Part shown: one piece after another, positions 19,401 to 34,400 of the stretch | Layout: each line of letters opens with the position of its first letter | Numbering within the stretch: position 1 is the stretch's first letter | Assembly: GCA_964057225.1 (NCBI GenBank) | Contig: OZ059896.1 | Coordinates: 14,942,001-15,006,000, forward strand | Direction of reading: 5' to 3' | Origin: Auanema rhodensis | Taxonomy: Eukaryota; Animalia; Nematoda | Length of the DNA stretch: 64,000 nt | The notes under the pieces: model-generated | What the model was told of the DNA's origin: nothing | The model's database searches: none | The model's input: the letters and a program-made list of their open reading frames with translations, nothing else | Translations under genes and position numbers: made by a program

Positions 19401-22400
19401 GACGGAACGAATCTGTTGTTTTCCAAAGTGATTGTCAATAACTACTATAATCTATATTGAAAATCGAAAAAAGAAAAGAAACTCCGTCGAGCCTAACTTC
19501 TACAATCCTCCGCTCTACCAACTGAGCTATCGACGGAACGAAGCTGTTGTTTTCAGAGGTTATTGTCAATAACTGCTATAATCATTATTTTAAATGGAAG
19601 AAAAAGAAAAGAAACTCCGTCGAGCCGGATTCGAACCAGCGACCTAAGGATATCTACACTTCTACAGTCCTCCGCTCTACCAACTGAGCTATCAACGGAA
19701 CGAATCTGTTGTTTTCAGAGGTTATTGTCAATAACTGCTATAATCAATTTTTTAAATGAAAGAAAAAGAAAAGAAACTCCGTCGAGCCGGATTCGAACCA
19801 GCGACCTAAGGATATCTACACTTCTACAGTCCTCCGCTCTACCAACTGAGCTATCGACGGAACGAATCTGTTGTTTTCCGAAGTGATTGTCAATAACTGC
19901 TATAATCAATATTTTAAATGGGAGAAAAAGAAAAGAAACTCCGTCGAGCCGGATTCGAACCAGCGACCTAAGGATATCTACACTTCTACAGTCCTCCGCT
20001 CTACCAACTGAGCTATCGACGGAACGAATCTGTTGTTTTCAGAGGTTATTGTCAATAACTGATATCTACACTTCTACAGTCCTCCGCTCTACCAACCGAG
20101 CTATCGACGGAACGAATCTGTTGTTTTCCAAAGTGATTGTCAATAACTACTATAATCTATATTGAAAATCGAAAAAAGAAAAGAAACTCCGTCGAGCCTA
20201 ACTTCTACAATCCTCCGCTCTACCAACTGAGCTATCGACGGAACGAAGCTGTTGTTTTCAGAGGTTATTGTCAATAACTGCTATAATCAATATTTTAAAT
20301 GGAACAAAAAGAAAAGAAACTCCGTCGAGCCGGATTCGAACCAGCGACCTAAGGATATCTACACTTCTACAGTCCTCCGCTCTACCAACTGAGCTATCGG
20401 CGGAACGAATCTGTTGTTTTCAGAGGTTATTGTCAATAACTGCTATAATCAATATTTTAAATGAAAGAAAAAGAAAAGAAACTCCGTCGAGCCGGATTCG
20501 AACCAGCGACCTAAGGATATCTACACTTCTACAGTCCTCCGCTCTACCAACTGAGCTATCGACGGAACGAATCTGTTGTTTTCAGAGGTTATTGTCAATA
20601 ACTACTATAATCTATATTGAAAATCGGAAAAAGAGAAGAAACTCCGTCGAGCCTAACTTCTACAATCCTCCGCTCTACCAACTGAGTTATCGACGGAACG
20701 AATCTGTTCTTTTCAGAGGTTATTGTCAATAACTGCTATAATCAATATTTTAAATGGAAGAAAAAGAAAAGAAACTCCGTCGAGCCGGATTCGAACCAGC
20801 GACCTAAGGATATCTACACTTCTACAGTCCTCCGCTCTACCAACTGAGCTATCGACGGAACGAATCTGTTGTTTTCAGAGGTTATTGTCAATAACTGATA
20901 TCTACACTTCTACAGTCCTCCGCTCTACCAACCGAGCTATCGACGGAACGAATCTGTTGTTTTCCAAAGTGATTGTCAATAACTACTATAATCTATATTG
21001 AAAATCGAAAAAAGAAAAGAAACTCCGTCGAGCCTAACTTCTACAATCCTCCGCTCTACCAACTGAGCTATCAACGGAACGAATCTGTTGTTTTCAGAGG
21101 TTATTGTCAATAACTGCTATAATCAATTTTTTAAATGAAAGAAAAAGAAAAGAAACTCCGTCGAGCCGGATTCGAACCAGCGACCTAAGGATATCTACAC
21201 TTCTACAGTCCTCCGCTCTACCAACTGAGCTATCGACGGAACGAATCTGTTGTTTTCCGAAGTGATTGTCAATAACTGCTATAATCAATATTTTAAATGG
21301 GAGAAAAAGAAAAGAAACTCCGTCGAGCCGGATTCGAACCAGCGACCTAAGGATATCTACACTTCTACAGTCCTCCGCTCTACCAACTGAGCTATCGACG
21401 GAACGAATCTGTTGTTTTCAGAGGTTATTGTCAATAACTGATATCTACACTTCTACAGTCCTCCGCTCTACCAACCGAGCTATCGACGGAACGAATCTGT
21501 TGTTTTCCAAAGTGATTGTCAATAACTACTATAATCTATATTGAAAATCGAAAAAAGAAAAGAAACTCCGTCGAGCCTAACTTCTACAATCCTCCGCTCT
21601 ACCAACTGAGCTATCGACGGAACGAAGCTGTTGTTTTCAGAGGTTATTGTCAATAACTGCTATAATCAATATTTTAAATGGAACAAAAAGAAAAGAAACT
21701 CCGTCGAGCCGGATTCGAACCAGCGACCTAAGGATATCTACACTTCTACAGTCCTCCGCTCTACCAACTGAGCTATCGGCGGAACGAATCTGTTGTTTTC
21801 AGAGGTTATTGTCAATAACTGCTATAATCAATATTTTAAATGAAAGAAAAAGAAAAGAAACTCCGTCGAGCCGGATTCGAACCAGCGACCTAAGGATATC
21901 TACACTTCTACAGTCCTCCGCTCTACCAACTGAGCTATCGACGGAACGAATCTGTTGTTTTCAGAGGTTATTGTCAATAACTACTATAATCTATATTGAA
22001 AATCGGAAAAAGAGAAGAAACTCCGTCGAGCCTAACTTCTACAATCCTCCGCTCTACCAACTGAGTTATCGACGGAACGAATCTGTTCTTTTCAGAGGTT
22101 ATTGTCAATAACTGCTATAATCAATATTTTAAATGGAAGAAAAAGAAAAGAAACTCCGTCGAGCCGGATTCGAACCAGCGACCTAAGGATATCTACACTT
22201 CTACAGTCCTCCGCTCTACCAACTGAGCTATCGACGGAACGAATCTGTTGTTTTCAGAGGTTATTGTCAATAACTGATATCTACACTTCTACAGTCCTCC
22301 GCTCTACCAACCGAGCTATCGACGGAACGAATCTGTTGTTTTCCAAAGTGATTGTCAATAACTACTATAATCTATATTGAAAATCGAAAAAAGAAAAGAA

Positions 22401-25400
22401 ACTCCGTCGAGCCTAACTTCTACAATCCTCCGCTCTACCAACTGAGCTATCGACGGAACGAAGCTGTTGTTTTCAGAGGTTATTGTCAATAACTGCTATA
22501 ATCATTATTTTAAATGGAAGAAAAAGAAAAGAAACTCCGTCGAGCCGGATTCGAACCAGCGACCTAAGGATATCTACACTTCTACAGTCCTCCGCTCTAC
22601 CAACTGAGCTATCGACGGAACGAATCTGTTGTTTTCAGAGGTTATTGTCAATAACTGCTATAATCAATTTTTTAAATGAAAGAAAAAGAAAAGAAACTCC
22701 GTCGAGCCGGATTCGAACCAGCGACCTAAGGATATCTACACTTCTACAGTCCTCCGCTCTACCAACTGAGCTATCGACGGAACGAATCTGTTGTTTTCCG
22801 AAGTGATTGTCAATAACTGCTATAATCAATATTTTAAATGGGAGAAAAAGAAAAGAAACTCCGTCGAGCCGGATTCGAACCAGCGACCTAAGGATATCTA
22901 CACTTCTACAGTCCTCCGCTCTACCAACTGAGCTATCGACGGAACGAATCTGTTGTTTTCAGAGGTTATTGTCAATAACTGATATCTACACTTCTTCAGT
23001 CCTCCGCTCTACCAACCGAGCTATCGACGGAACGAATCTGTTGTTTTCCAAAGTGATTGTCAATAACTACTATAATCTATATTGAAAATCGAAAAAAGAA
23101 AAGAAACTCCGTCGAGCCTAACTTCTACAATCCTCCGCTCTACCAACTGAGCTATCGACGGAACGAAGCTGTTGTTTTCAGAGGTTATTGTCAATAACTG
23201 CTATAATCAATATTTTAAATGGAAGAAAAAGAAAAGAAACTCCGTCGAGCCGGATTCGAACCAGCGACCTAAGGATATCTACACTTCTACAGTCCTCCGC
23301 TCTACCAACTGAGCTATCGACGGAACGAATCTGTTGTTTTCAGAGGTTATTGTCAATAACTGCTATAATCAATATTTTAAATGAAAGAAAAAGAAAAGAA
23401 ACTCCGTCGAGCCGGATTCGAACCAGCGACCTAAGGATATCTACACTTCTACAGTCCTCCGCTCTACCAACTGAGCTATCGACGGAACGACTCTGTTGTT
23501 TTCAGAGGTTATTGTCAATAACTGATATCTACACTTCTACAGTCCTCCGCTCTACCAACTGAGCTATCGACGGAACGAATCTGTTGTTTTCAGAGGTTAT
23601 TGTCAATAACTGCTATAATCAATATTTTAAATGAAAGAAAAAGAAAAGAAACTCCGTCGAGCCGGATTCGAACCAGCGACCTAAGGATATCTACACTTCT
23701 ACAGTCCTCCGCTCTACCAACCGAGCTATCGACGGAACGAATCTGTTGTTTTCCAAAGTGATTGTCAATAACTACTATAATCTATATTGAAAATCGAAAA
23801 AAGAGAAGAAACTCCGTCGAGCCTAACTTCTACAATCCTCCGCTCTACCAACTGAGTTATCGACGGAACGAATCTGTTCTTTTCAGAGGTTATTGTCAAT
23901 AACTGCTATAATCATTATTTTAAATGAAAGAAAAAGAAAATAAACTCCGTCGAGCCGGATTCGAACCAGCGACCTAAGGATATCTACACTTCTACAGTCC
24001 TCCGCTCTACCAACTGAGCTATCGACGGAACGAATCTGTTGTTTTCAGAGGTTATTGTCAATAACTGCTATAATCAATTTTTTAAATGAAAGAAAAAGAA
24101 AAGAAACTCCGTCGAGCCGGATTCGAACCAGCGACCTAAGGATATCTACACTTCTACAGTCCTCCGCTCTACCAACTGAGCTATCGACGGAACGAATCTG
24201 TTGTTTTCAGAGGTTATTGTCAATAACTGCTATAATCAATATTTTAAATGGAAGAAAAAGAAAAGAAACTCCGTCGAGCCGGATTCGAACCAGCGACCTA
24301 AGGATATCTACACTTCTACAGTCCTCCGCTCTACCAACTGAGCTATCGACGGAACGAATCTGTTGTTTTCAGAGGTTATTGTCAATAACTGCTATAATCT
24401 ATATTGAAAATCGGAAAAAGAGAAGAAACTCCGTCGAGCCTAACTTCTACAATCCTCCGCTCTACCAACTGAGTTATCGACGGAACGAATCTGTTCTTTT
24501 CAGAGGTTATTGTCAATAACTGCTATAATCAATATTTTAAATGAAAGAAAAAGAAAAGAAACTCCGTCGAGCCGGATTCGAACCAGCGACCTAAGGATAT
24601 CTACACTTCTACAGTCCTCCGCTCTACCAACTGAGCTATCGACGGAACGAATCTGTTGTTTTCCGAAGTGATTGTCAATAACTACTATAATCTATATTGA
24701 AAATCGGAAAAAGAGAAGAAACTCCGTCGAGCCTAACTTCTACAATCCTCCGCTCTACCAACTGAGTTATCGACGGAACGAATCTGTTCTTTTCAGAGGT
24801 TATTGTCAATAACTGCTATAATCAATATTTTAAATGGAAGAAAAAGAAAAGAAACTCCGTCGAGCCGGATTCGAACCAGCGACCTAAGGATATCTACACT
24901 TCTACAGTCCTCCGCTCTACCAACTGAGCTATCGACGGAACGAATCTGTTGTTTTCAGAGGTTATTGTCAATAACTGATATCTACACTTCTACAGTCCTC
25001 CGCTCTACCAACCGAGCTATCGACGGAACGAATCTGTTGTTTTCCAAAGTGATTGTCAATAACTACTATAATCTATATTGAAAATCGAAAAAAGAAAAGA
25101 AACTCCGTCGAGCCTAACTTCTACAATCCTCCGCTCTACCAACTGAGCTATCGACGGAACGAAGCTGTTGTTTTCAGAGGTTATTGTCAATAACTGCTAT
25201 AATCATTATTTTAAATGAAAGAAAAAGAAAAGAAACTCCGTCGAGCCGGATTCGAACCAGCGACCTAAGGATATCTACACTTCTACAGTCCTCCGCTCTA
25301 CCAACTGAGCTATCGACGGAACGAATCTGTTGTTTTCAGAGGTTATTGTCAATAACTGCTATAATCAATATTTTAAATGAAAGAAAAAGAAAAGAAACTC

Positions 25401-28400
25401 CGTCGAGCCGGATTCGAACCAGCGACCTAAGGATATCTACACTTCTACAGTCCTCCGCTCTACCAACTGAGCTATCGACGGAACGAATCTGTTGTTTTCC
25501 GAAGTGATTGTCAATAACTACTATAATCTATATTGAAAATCGGAAAAAGAGAAGAAACTCCGTCGAGCCTAACTTCTACAATCCTCCGCTCTACCAACTG
25601 AGCTATCGACGGAACGAATCTGTTGTTTTCAGAGGTTATTGTCAATAACTGCTATAATCAATTTTTTAAATGAAAGAAAAAGAAAAGAAACTCCGTCGAG
25701 CCGGATTCGAACCAGCGACCTAAGGATATCTACACTTCTACAGTCCTCCGCTCTACCAACTGAGCTATCGACGGAACGAATCTGTTGTTTTCCAAAGTGA
25801 TTGTCAATAACTACTATAATCTATATTGAAAATCGAAAAAAGAAAAGAAACTCCGTCGAGCCTAACTTCTACAATCCTCCGCTCTACCAACTGAGCTATC
25901 GACGGAACGAAGCTGTTGTTTTCAGAGGTTATTGTCAATAACTGATATCTACACTTCTACAGTCCTCCGCTCTACCAACCGAGCTATCGACGGAACGAAT
26001 CTGTTGTTTTCCAAAGTGATTGTCAATAACTACTATAATCTATATTGAAAATCGAAAAAAGAAAAGAAACTCCGTCGAGCCTAACTTCTACAATCCTCCG
26101 CTCTACCAACTGAGCTATCGACGGAACGAAGCTGTTGTTTTCAGAGGTTATTGTCAATAACTGCTATAATCATTATTTTAAATGGAAGAAAAAGAAAAGA
26201 AACTCCGTCGAGCCGGATTCGAACCAGCGACCTAAGGATATCTACACTTCTACAGTCCTCCGCTCTACCAACTGAGCTATCGACGGAACGAATCTGTTGT
26301 TTTCAGAGGTTATTGTCAATAACTGCTATAATCATTATTTTAAATGGAAGAAAAAGAAAAGAAACTCCGTCGAGCCGGATACGAACCAGCGACCTAAGGA
26401 TATCTACACTTCTACAGTCCTCCGCTCTACCAACTGAGCTATCGACGGAACGAAGCTGTTGTTTTCAGAGGTTATTGTCAATAACTGCTATAATCATTAT
26501 TTTAAATGGAAGAAAAAGAAAAGAAACTCCGTCGAGCCGGATTCGAACAAGCGACCTAAGGATATCTACACTTCTACAGTCCTCCGCTCTACCAACCGAG
26601 CTATCGACGGAACGAATCTGTTGTTTTCCAAAGTGATTGTCAATAACTACTATAATCTATATTGAAAATCGAAAAAAGAGAAGAACCTCCGTCGAGCCTA
26701 ACTTCTACAATCCTCCGCTCTACCAACTGAGTTATCGACGGAACGAATCTGTTCTTTTCAGAGGTTATTGTCAATAACTGCTATAATCAATATTTTAAAT
26801 GGAAGAAAAAGAAAAGAAACTCCGTCGAGCCGGATTCGAACCAGCGACCTAAGGATATCTACACTTCTACAGTCCTCCGCTCTACCAACTGAGCTATCGA
26901 CGGAACGAATCTGTTGTTTTCGGAGGTTATTGTCAATAACTGATATCTACACTTCTACTGTCCTCCGCTCTACCAACCGAGCTATCGACGGAACGAATCT
27001 GTTGTTTTCCAAAGTGATTGTCAATAACTACTATAATCTATATTGAAAATCGAAAAAAGAAAAGAAACTCCGTCGAGCCTAACTTCTACAATCCTCCGCT
27101 CTACCAACTGAGCTATCGACGGAACGAAGCTGTTGTTTTCAGAGGTTATTGTCAATAACTGCTATAATCATTATTTTAAATGGAAGAAAAAGAAAAGAAA
27201 CTCCGTCGAGCCGGATTCGAACCAGCGACCTAAGGATATCTACACTTCTACAGTCCTCCGCTCTACCAACTGAGCTATCAACGGAACGAATCTGTTGTTT
27301 TCAGAGGTTATTGTCAATAACTGCTATAATCAATTTTTTAAATGAAAGAAAAAGAAAAGAAACTCCGTCGAGCCGGATTCGAACCAGCGACCTAAGGATA
27401 TCTACACTTCTACAGTCCTCCGCTCTACCAACTGAGCTATCGACGGAACGAATCTGTTGTTTTCCGAAGTGATTGTCAATAACTGCTATAATCAATATTT
27501 TAAATGGGAGAAAAAGAAAAGAAACTCCGTCGAGCCGGATTCGAACCAGCGACCTAAGGATATCTACACTTCTACAGTCCTCCGCTCTACCAACTGAGCT
27601 ATCGACGGAACGAATCTGTTGTTTTCAGAGGTTATTGTCAATAACTGATATCTACACTTCTACAGTCCTCCGCTCTACCAACCGAGCTATCGACGGAACG
27701 AATCTGTTGTTTTCCAAAGTGATTGTCAATAACTACTATAATCTATATTGAAAATCGAAAAAAGAAAAGAAACTCCGTCGAGCCTAACTTCTACAATCCT
27801 CCGCTCTACCAACTGAGCTATCGACGGAACGAAGCTGTTGTTTTCAGAGGTTATTGTCAATAACTGCTATAATCAATATTTTAAATGGAACAAAAAGAAA
27901 AGAAACTCCGTCGAGCCGGATTCGAACCAGCGACCTAAGGATATCTACACTTCTACAGTCCTCCGCTCTACCAACTGAGCTATCGACGGAACGAAGCTGT
28001 TGTTTTCAGAGGTTATTGTCAATAACTGCTATAATCAATATTTTAAATGGAAGAAAAAGAAAAGAAACTCCGTCGAGCCGGATTCGAACCAGCGACCTAA
28101 GGATATCTACACTTCTACAGTCCTCCGCTCTACCAACTGAGCTATCGACGGAACGAATCTGTTGTTTTCAGAGGTTATTGTCAATAACTGCTATAATCAA
28201 TATTTTAAATGAAAGAAAAAGAAAAGAAACTCCGTCGAGCCGGATTCGAACCAGCGACCTAAGGATATCTACACTTCTACAGTCCTCCGCTCTACCAACT
28301 GAGCTATCGACGGAACGAATCTGTTGTTTTCAGAGGTTATTGTCAATAACTGATATCTACACTTCTACAGTCCTCCGCTCTACCAACTGAGCTATCGACG

Positions 28401-31400
28401 GAACGAATCTGTTGTTTTCAGAGGTTATTGTCAATAACTGCTATAATCAATATTTTAAATGAAAGAAAAAGAAAAGAAACTCCGTCGAGCCGGATTCGAA
28501 CCAGCGACCTAAGGATATCTACACTTCTACAGTCCTCCGCTCTACCAACCGAGCTATCGACGGAACGAATCTGTTGTTTTCCAAAGTGATTGTCAATAAC
28601 TACTATAATCTATATTGAAAATCGAAAAAAGAGAAGAAACTCCGTCGAGCCTAACTTCTACAATCCTCCGCTCTACCAACTGAGTTATCGACGGAACGAA
28701 TCTGTTCTTTTCAGAGGTTATTGTCAATAACTGCTATAATCATTATTTTAAATGAAAGAAAAAGAAAATAAACTCCGTCGAGCCGGATTCGAACCAGCGA
28801 CCTAAGGATATCTACACTTCTACAGTCCTCCGCTCTACCAACTGAGCTATCGACGGAACGAATCTGTTGTTTTCAGAGGTTATTGTCAATAACTGCTATA
28901 ATCAATTTTTTAAATGAAAGAAAAAGAAAAGAAACTCCGTCGAGCCGGATTCGAACCAGCGACCTAAGGATATCTACACTTCTACAGTCCTCCGCTCTAC
29001 CAACTGAGCTATCGACGGAACGAATCTGTTGTTTTCAGAGGTTATTGTCAATAACTGCTATAATCAATATTTTAAATGGAAGAAAAAGAAAAGAAACTCC
29101 GTCGAGCCGGATTCGAACCAGCGACCTAAGGATATCTACACTTCTACAGTCCTCCGCTCTACCAACTGAGCTATCGACGGAACGAATCTGTTGTTTTCAG
29201 AGGTTATTGTCAATAACTGCTATAATCTATATTGAAAATCGGAAAAAGAGAAGAAACTCCGTCGAGCCTAACTTCTACAATCCTCCGCTCTACCAACTGA
29301 GTTATCGACGGAACGAATCTGTTCTTTTCAGAGGTTATTGTCAATAACTGCTATAATCAATATTTTAAATGAAAGAAAAAGAAAAGAAACTCCGTCGAGC
29401 CGGATTCGAACCAGCGACCTAAGGATATCTACACTTCTACAGTCCTCCGCTCTACCAACTGAGCTATCGACGGAACGAATCTGTTGTTTTCCGAAGTGAT
29501 TGTCAATAACTACTATAATCTATATTGAAAATCGGAAAAAGAGAAGAAACTCCGTCGAGCCTAACTTCTACAATCCTCCGCTCTACCAACTGAGTTATCG
29601 ACGGAACGAATCTGTTCTTTTCAGAGGTTATTGTCAATAACTGCTATAATCAATATTTTAAATGGAAGAAAAAGAAAAGAAACTCCGTCGAGCCGGATTC
29701 GAACCAGCGACCTAAGGATATCTACACTTCTACAGTCCTCCGCTCTACCAACTGAGCTATCGACGGAACGAATCTGTTGTTTTCAGAGGTTATTGTCAAT
29801 AACTGATATCTACACTTCTACAGTCCTCCGCTCTACCAACCGAGCTATCGACGGAACGAATCTGTTGTTTTCCAAAGTGATTGTCAATAACTACTATAAT
29901 CTATATTGAAAATCGAAAAAAGAAAAGAAACTCCGTCGAGCCTAACTTCTACAATCCTCCGCTCTACCAACTGAGCTATCGACGGAACGAAGCTGTTGTT
30001 TTCAGAGGTTATTGTCAATAACTGCTATAATCATTATTTTAAATGAAAGAAAAAGAAAAGAAACTCCGTCGAGCCGGATTCGAACCAGCGACCTAAGGAT
30101 ATCTACACTTCTACAGTCCTCCGCTCTACCAACTGAGCTATCGACGGAACGAATCTGTTGTTTTCAGAGGTTATTGTCAATAACTGCTATAATCAATATT
30201 TTAAATGAAAGAAAAAGAAAAGAAACTCCGTCGAGCCGGATTCGAACCAGCGACCTAAGGATATCTACACTTCTACAGTCCTCCGCTCTACCAACTGAGC
30301 TATCGACGGAACGAATCTGTTGTTTTCCGAAGTGATTGTCAATAACTACTATAATCTATATTGAAAATCGGAAAAAGAGAAGAAACTCCGTCGAGCCTAA
30401 CTTCTACAATCCTCCGCTCTACCAACTGAGCTATCGACGGAACGAATCTGTTGTTTTCAGAGGTTATTGTCAATAACTGCTATAATCAATTTTTTAAATG
30501 AAAGAAAAAGAAAAGAAACTCCGTCGAGCCGGATTCGAACCAGCGACCTAAGGATATCTACACTTCTACAGTCCTCCGCTCTACCAACTGAGCTATCGAC
30601 GGAACGAATCTGTTGTTTTCCAAAGTGATTGTCAATAACTACTATAATCTATATTGAAAATCGAAAAAAGAAAAGAAACTCCGTCGAGCCTAACTTCTAC
30701 AATCCTCCGCTCTACCAACTGAGCTATCGACGGAACGAAGCTGTTGTTTTCAGAGGTTATTGTCAATAACTGATATCTACACTTCTACAGTCCTCCGCTC
30801 TACCAACCGAGCTATCGACGGAACGAATCTGTTGTTTTCCAAAGTGATTGTCAATAACTACTATAATCTATATTGAAAATCGAAAAAAGAAAAGAAACTC
30901 CGTCGAGCCTAACTTCTACAATCCTCCGCTCTACCAACTGAGCTATCGACGGAACGAAGCTGTTGTTTTCAGAGGTTATTGTCAATAACTGCTATAATCA
31001 TTATTTTAAATGGAAGAAAAAGAAAAGAAACTCCGTCGAGCCGGATTCGAACCAGCGACCTAAGGATATCTACACTTCTACAGTCCTCCGCTCTACCAAC
31101 TGAGCTATCGACGGAACGAATCTGTTGTTTTCAGAGGTTATTGTCAATAACTGCTATAATCATTATTTTAAATGGAAGAAAAAGAAAAGAAACTCCGTCG
31201 AGCCGGATACGAACCAGCGACCTAAGGATATCTACACTTCTACAGTCCTCCGCTCTACCAACTGAGCTATCGACGGAACGAAGCTGTTGTTTTCAGAGGT
31301 TATTGTCAATAACTGCTATAATCATTATTTTAAATGGAAGAAAAAGAAAAGAAACTCCGTCGAGCCGGATTCGAACAAGCGACCTAAGGATATCTACACT

Positions 31401-34400
31401 TCTACAGTCCTCCGCTCTACCAACTGAGCTATCGACGGAACGAAGCTGTTGTTTTCAGAGGTTATTGTCAATAACTGCTATAATCATTATTTTAAATGGA
31501 AGAAAAAGAAAAGAAACTCCGTCGAGCCGGATTCGAACCAGCGACCTAAGGATATCTACACTTCTACAGTCCTCCGCTCTACCAACTGAGCTATCGACGG
31601 AACGAATCTGTTGTTTTCAGAGGTTATTGTCAATAACTGCTATAATCATTATTTTAAATGGAAGAAAAAGAAAAGAAACTCCGTCGAGCCGGATTCGAAC
31701 CAGCGACCTAAGGATATCTACACTTCTACAGTCCTCCGCTCTACCAACTGAGCTATCGACGGAACGAAGCTGTTGTTTTCAGAGGTTATTGTCAATAACT
31801 GCTATAATCAATTTTTTAAATGAAAGAAAAAGAAAAGAAACTCCGTCGAGCCGGATTCGAACCAGCGACCTAAGGATATCTACACTTCTACAGTCCTCCG
31901 CTCTACCAACTGAGCTATCGACGGAACGAATCTGTTGTTTTCAGAGGTTATTGTCAATAACTGCTATAATCATTATTTTAAATGGAAGAAAAAGAAAAGA
32001 AACTCCGTCGAGCCGGATTCGAACCAGCGACCTAAGGATATCTACACTTCTACAGTCCTCCGCTCTACCAACTGAGCTATCGACGGAACGAATCTGTTGT
32101 TTTCAGAGGTTATTGTCAATGACTGCTATAATCAATTTTTTAAATGGAAGAAAAAGAAAAGAAACTCCGTCGAGCCGGATTCGAACCAGCGACCTAAGGA
32201 TATCTACACTTCTACAGTCCTCCGCTCTACCAACTGAGCTATCGACGGAACGAATCTGTTGTTTTCAGAGGTTATTGTCAATAACTGATATCTACACTTC
32301 TACAGTCCTCCGCTCTACCAACCGAGCTATCGACGGAACGAATCTGTTGTTTTCCAAAGTGATTGTCAATAACTACTATAATCTATATTGAAAATCGAAA
32401 AAAGAAAAGAAACTCCGTCGAGCCTAACTTCTACAATCCTCCGCTCTACCAACTGAGCTATCGACGGAACGAAGCTGTTGTTTTCAGAGGTTATTGTCAA
32501 TAACTGCTATAATCATTATTTTAAATGGAAGAAAAAGAAAAGAAACTCCGTCGAGCCGGATTCGAACAAGCGACCTAAGGATATCTACACTTCTACAGTC
32601 CTCCGCTCTACCAACTGAGCTATCGACGGAACGAATCTGTTGTTTTCAGAGGTTATTGTCAATAACTGATATCTACACTTCTACAGTCCTCCGCTCTACC
32701 AACCGAGCTATCGACGGAACGAATCTGTTGTTTTCCAAAGTGATTGTCAATAACTACTATAATCTATATTGAAAATCGAAAAAAGAAAAGAAACTCCGTC
32801 GAGCCTAACTTCTACAATCCTCCGCTCTACCAACTGAGCTATCGACGGAACGAAGCTGTTGTTTTCAGAGGTTATTGTCAATAACTGCTATAATCAATAT
32901 TTTAAATGGAACAAAAAGAAAAGAAACTCCGTCGAGCCGGATTCGAACCAGCGACCTAAGGATATCTACACTTCTACAGTCCTCCGCTCTACCAACTGAG
33001 CTATCGACGGAACGAATCTGTTGTTTTCAGAGGTTATTGTCAATAACTGCTATAATCAATATTTTAAATGGAAGAAAAAGAAAAGAAACTCCGTCGAGCC
33101 GGATTCGAACCAGCGACCTAAGGATATCTACACTTCTACAGTCCTCCGCTCTACCAACTGAGTTATCGACGGAACGAATCTGTTCTTTTCAGAGGTTATT
33201 GTCAATAACTGCTATAATCATTATTTTAAATGGAAGAAAAAGAAAAGAAACTCCGTCGAGTCGGATTCGAACCAGCGACCTAAGGATATCTACACTTCTA
33301 CAGTCCTCCGCTCTACCAACTGAGCTATCGACGGAACGAATCTGTTGTTTTCAGAGGTTATTGTCAATAACTGCTATAATCAATTTTTTAAATGAAAGAA
33401 AAAGAAAAGAAACTCCGTCGAGCCGGATTCGAACCAGCGACCTAAGGATATCTACACTTCTACAGTCCTCCGCTCTACCAACTGAGCTATCGACGGAACG
33501 AATCTGTTGTTTTCCGAAGTGATTGTCAATAACTGCTATAATCAATATTTTAAATGGGAGAAAAAGAAAAGAAACTCCGTCGAGCCGGATTCGAACCAGC
33601 GACCTAAGGATATCTACACTTCTACAGTCCTCCGCTCTACCAACTGAGCTATCGACGGAACGAATCTGTTGTTTTCAGAGGTTATTGTCAATAACTGCTA
33701 TAATCAATATTTTAAATGGGAGAAAAAGAAAAGAAACTCCGTCGAGCCGGATTCGAACCAGCGACCTAAGGATATCTACACTTCTACAGTCCTCCGCTCT
33801 ACCAACTGAGCTATCGACGGAACGAATCTGTTGTTTTCCGAAGTGATTGTCAATAACTGCTATAATCAATATTTTAAATGGGAGAAAAAGAAAAGAAACT
33901 CCGTCGAGCCGGATTCGAACCAGCGACCTAAGGATATCTACACTTCTACAGTCCTCCGCTCTACCAACTGAGCTATCGACGGAACGAATCTGTTGTTTTC
34001 CGAAGTGATTGTCAATAACTGCTATAATCAATATTTTAAATGGGAGAAAAAGAAAAGAAACTCCGTCGAGCCGGATTCGAACCAGCGACCTAAGGATATC
34101 TACACTTCTACAGTCCTCCGCTCTACCAACTGAGCTATCGACGGAACGAATCTGTTGTTTTCAGAGGTTATTGTCAATAACTGCTATAATCAATATTTTA
34201 AATGAAAGAAAAAGAAAAGAAACTCCGTCGAGCCGGATTCGAACCAGCGACCTAAGGATATCTACACTTCTACAGTCCTCCGCTCTACCAACTGAGCTAT
34301 CGACGGAACGAATCTGTTGTTTTCAGAGGTTATTGTCAATAACTGCTATAATCAATATTTTAAATGGGAGAAAAAGAAAAGAAACTCCGTCGAGCCGGAT

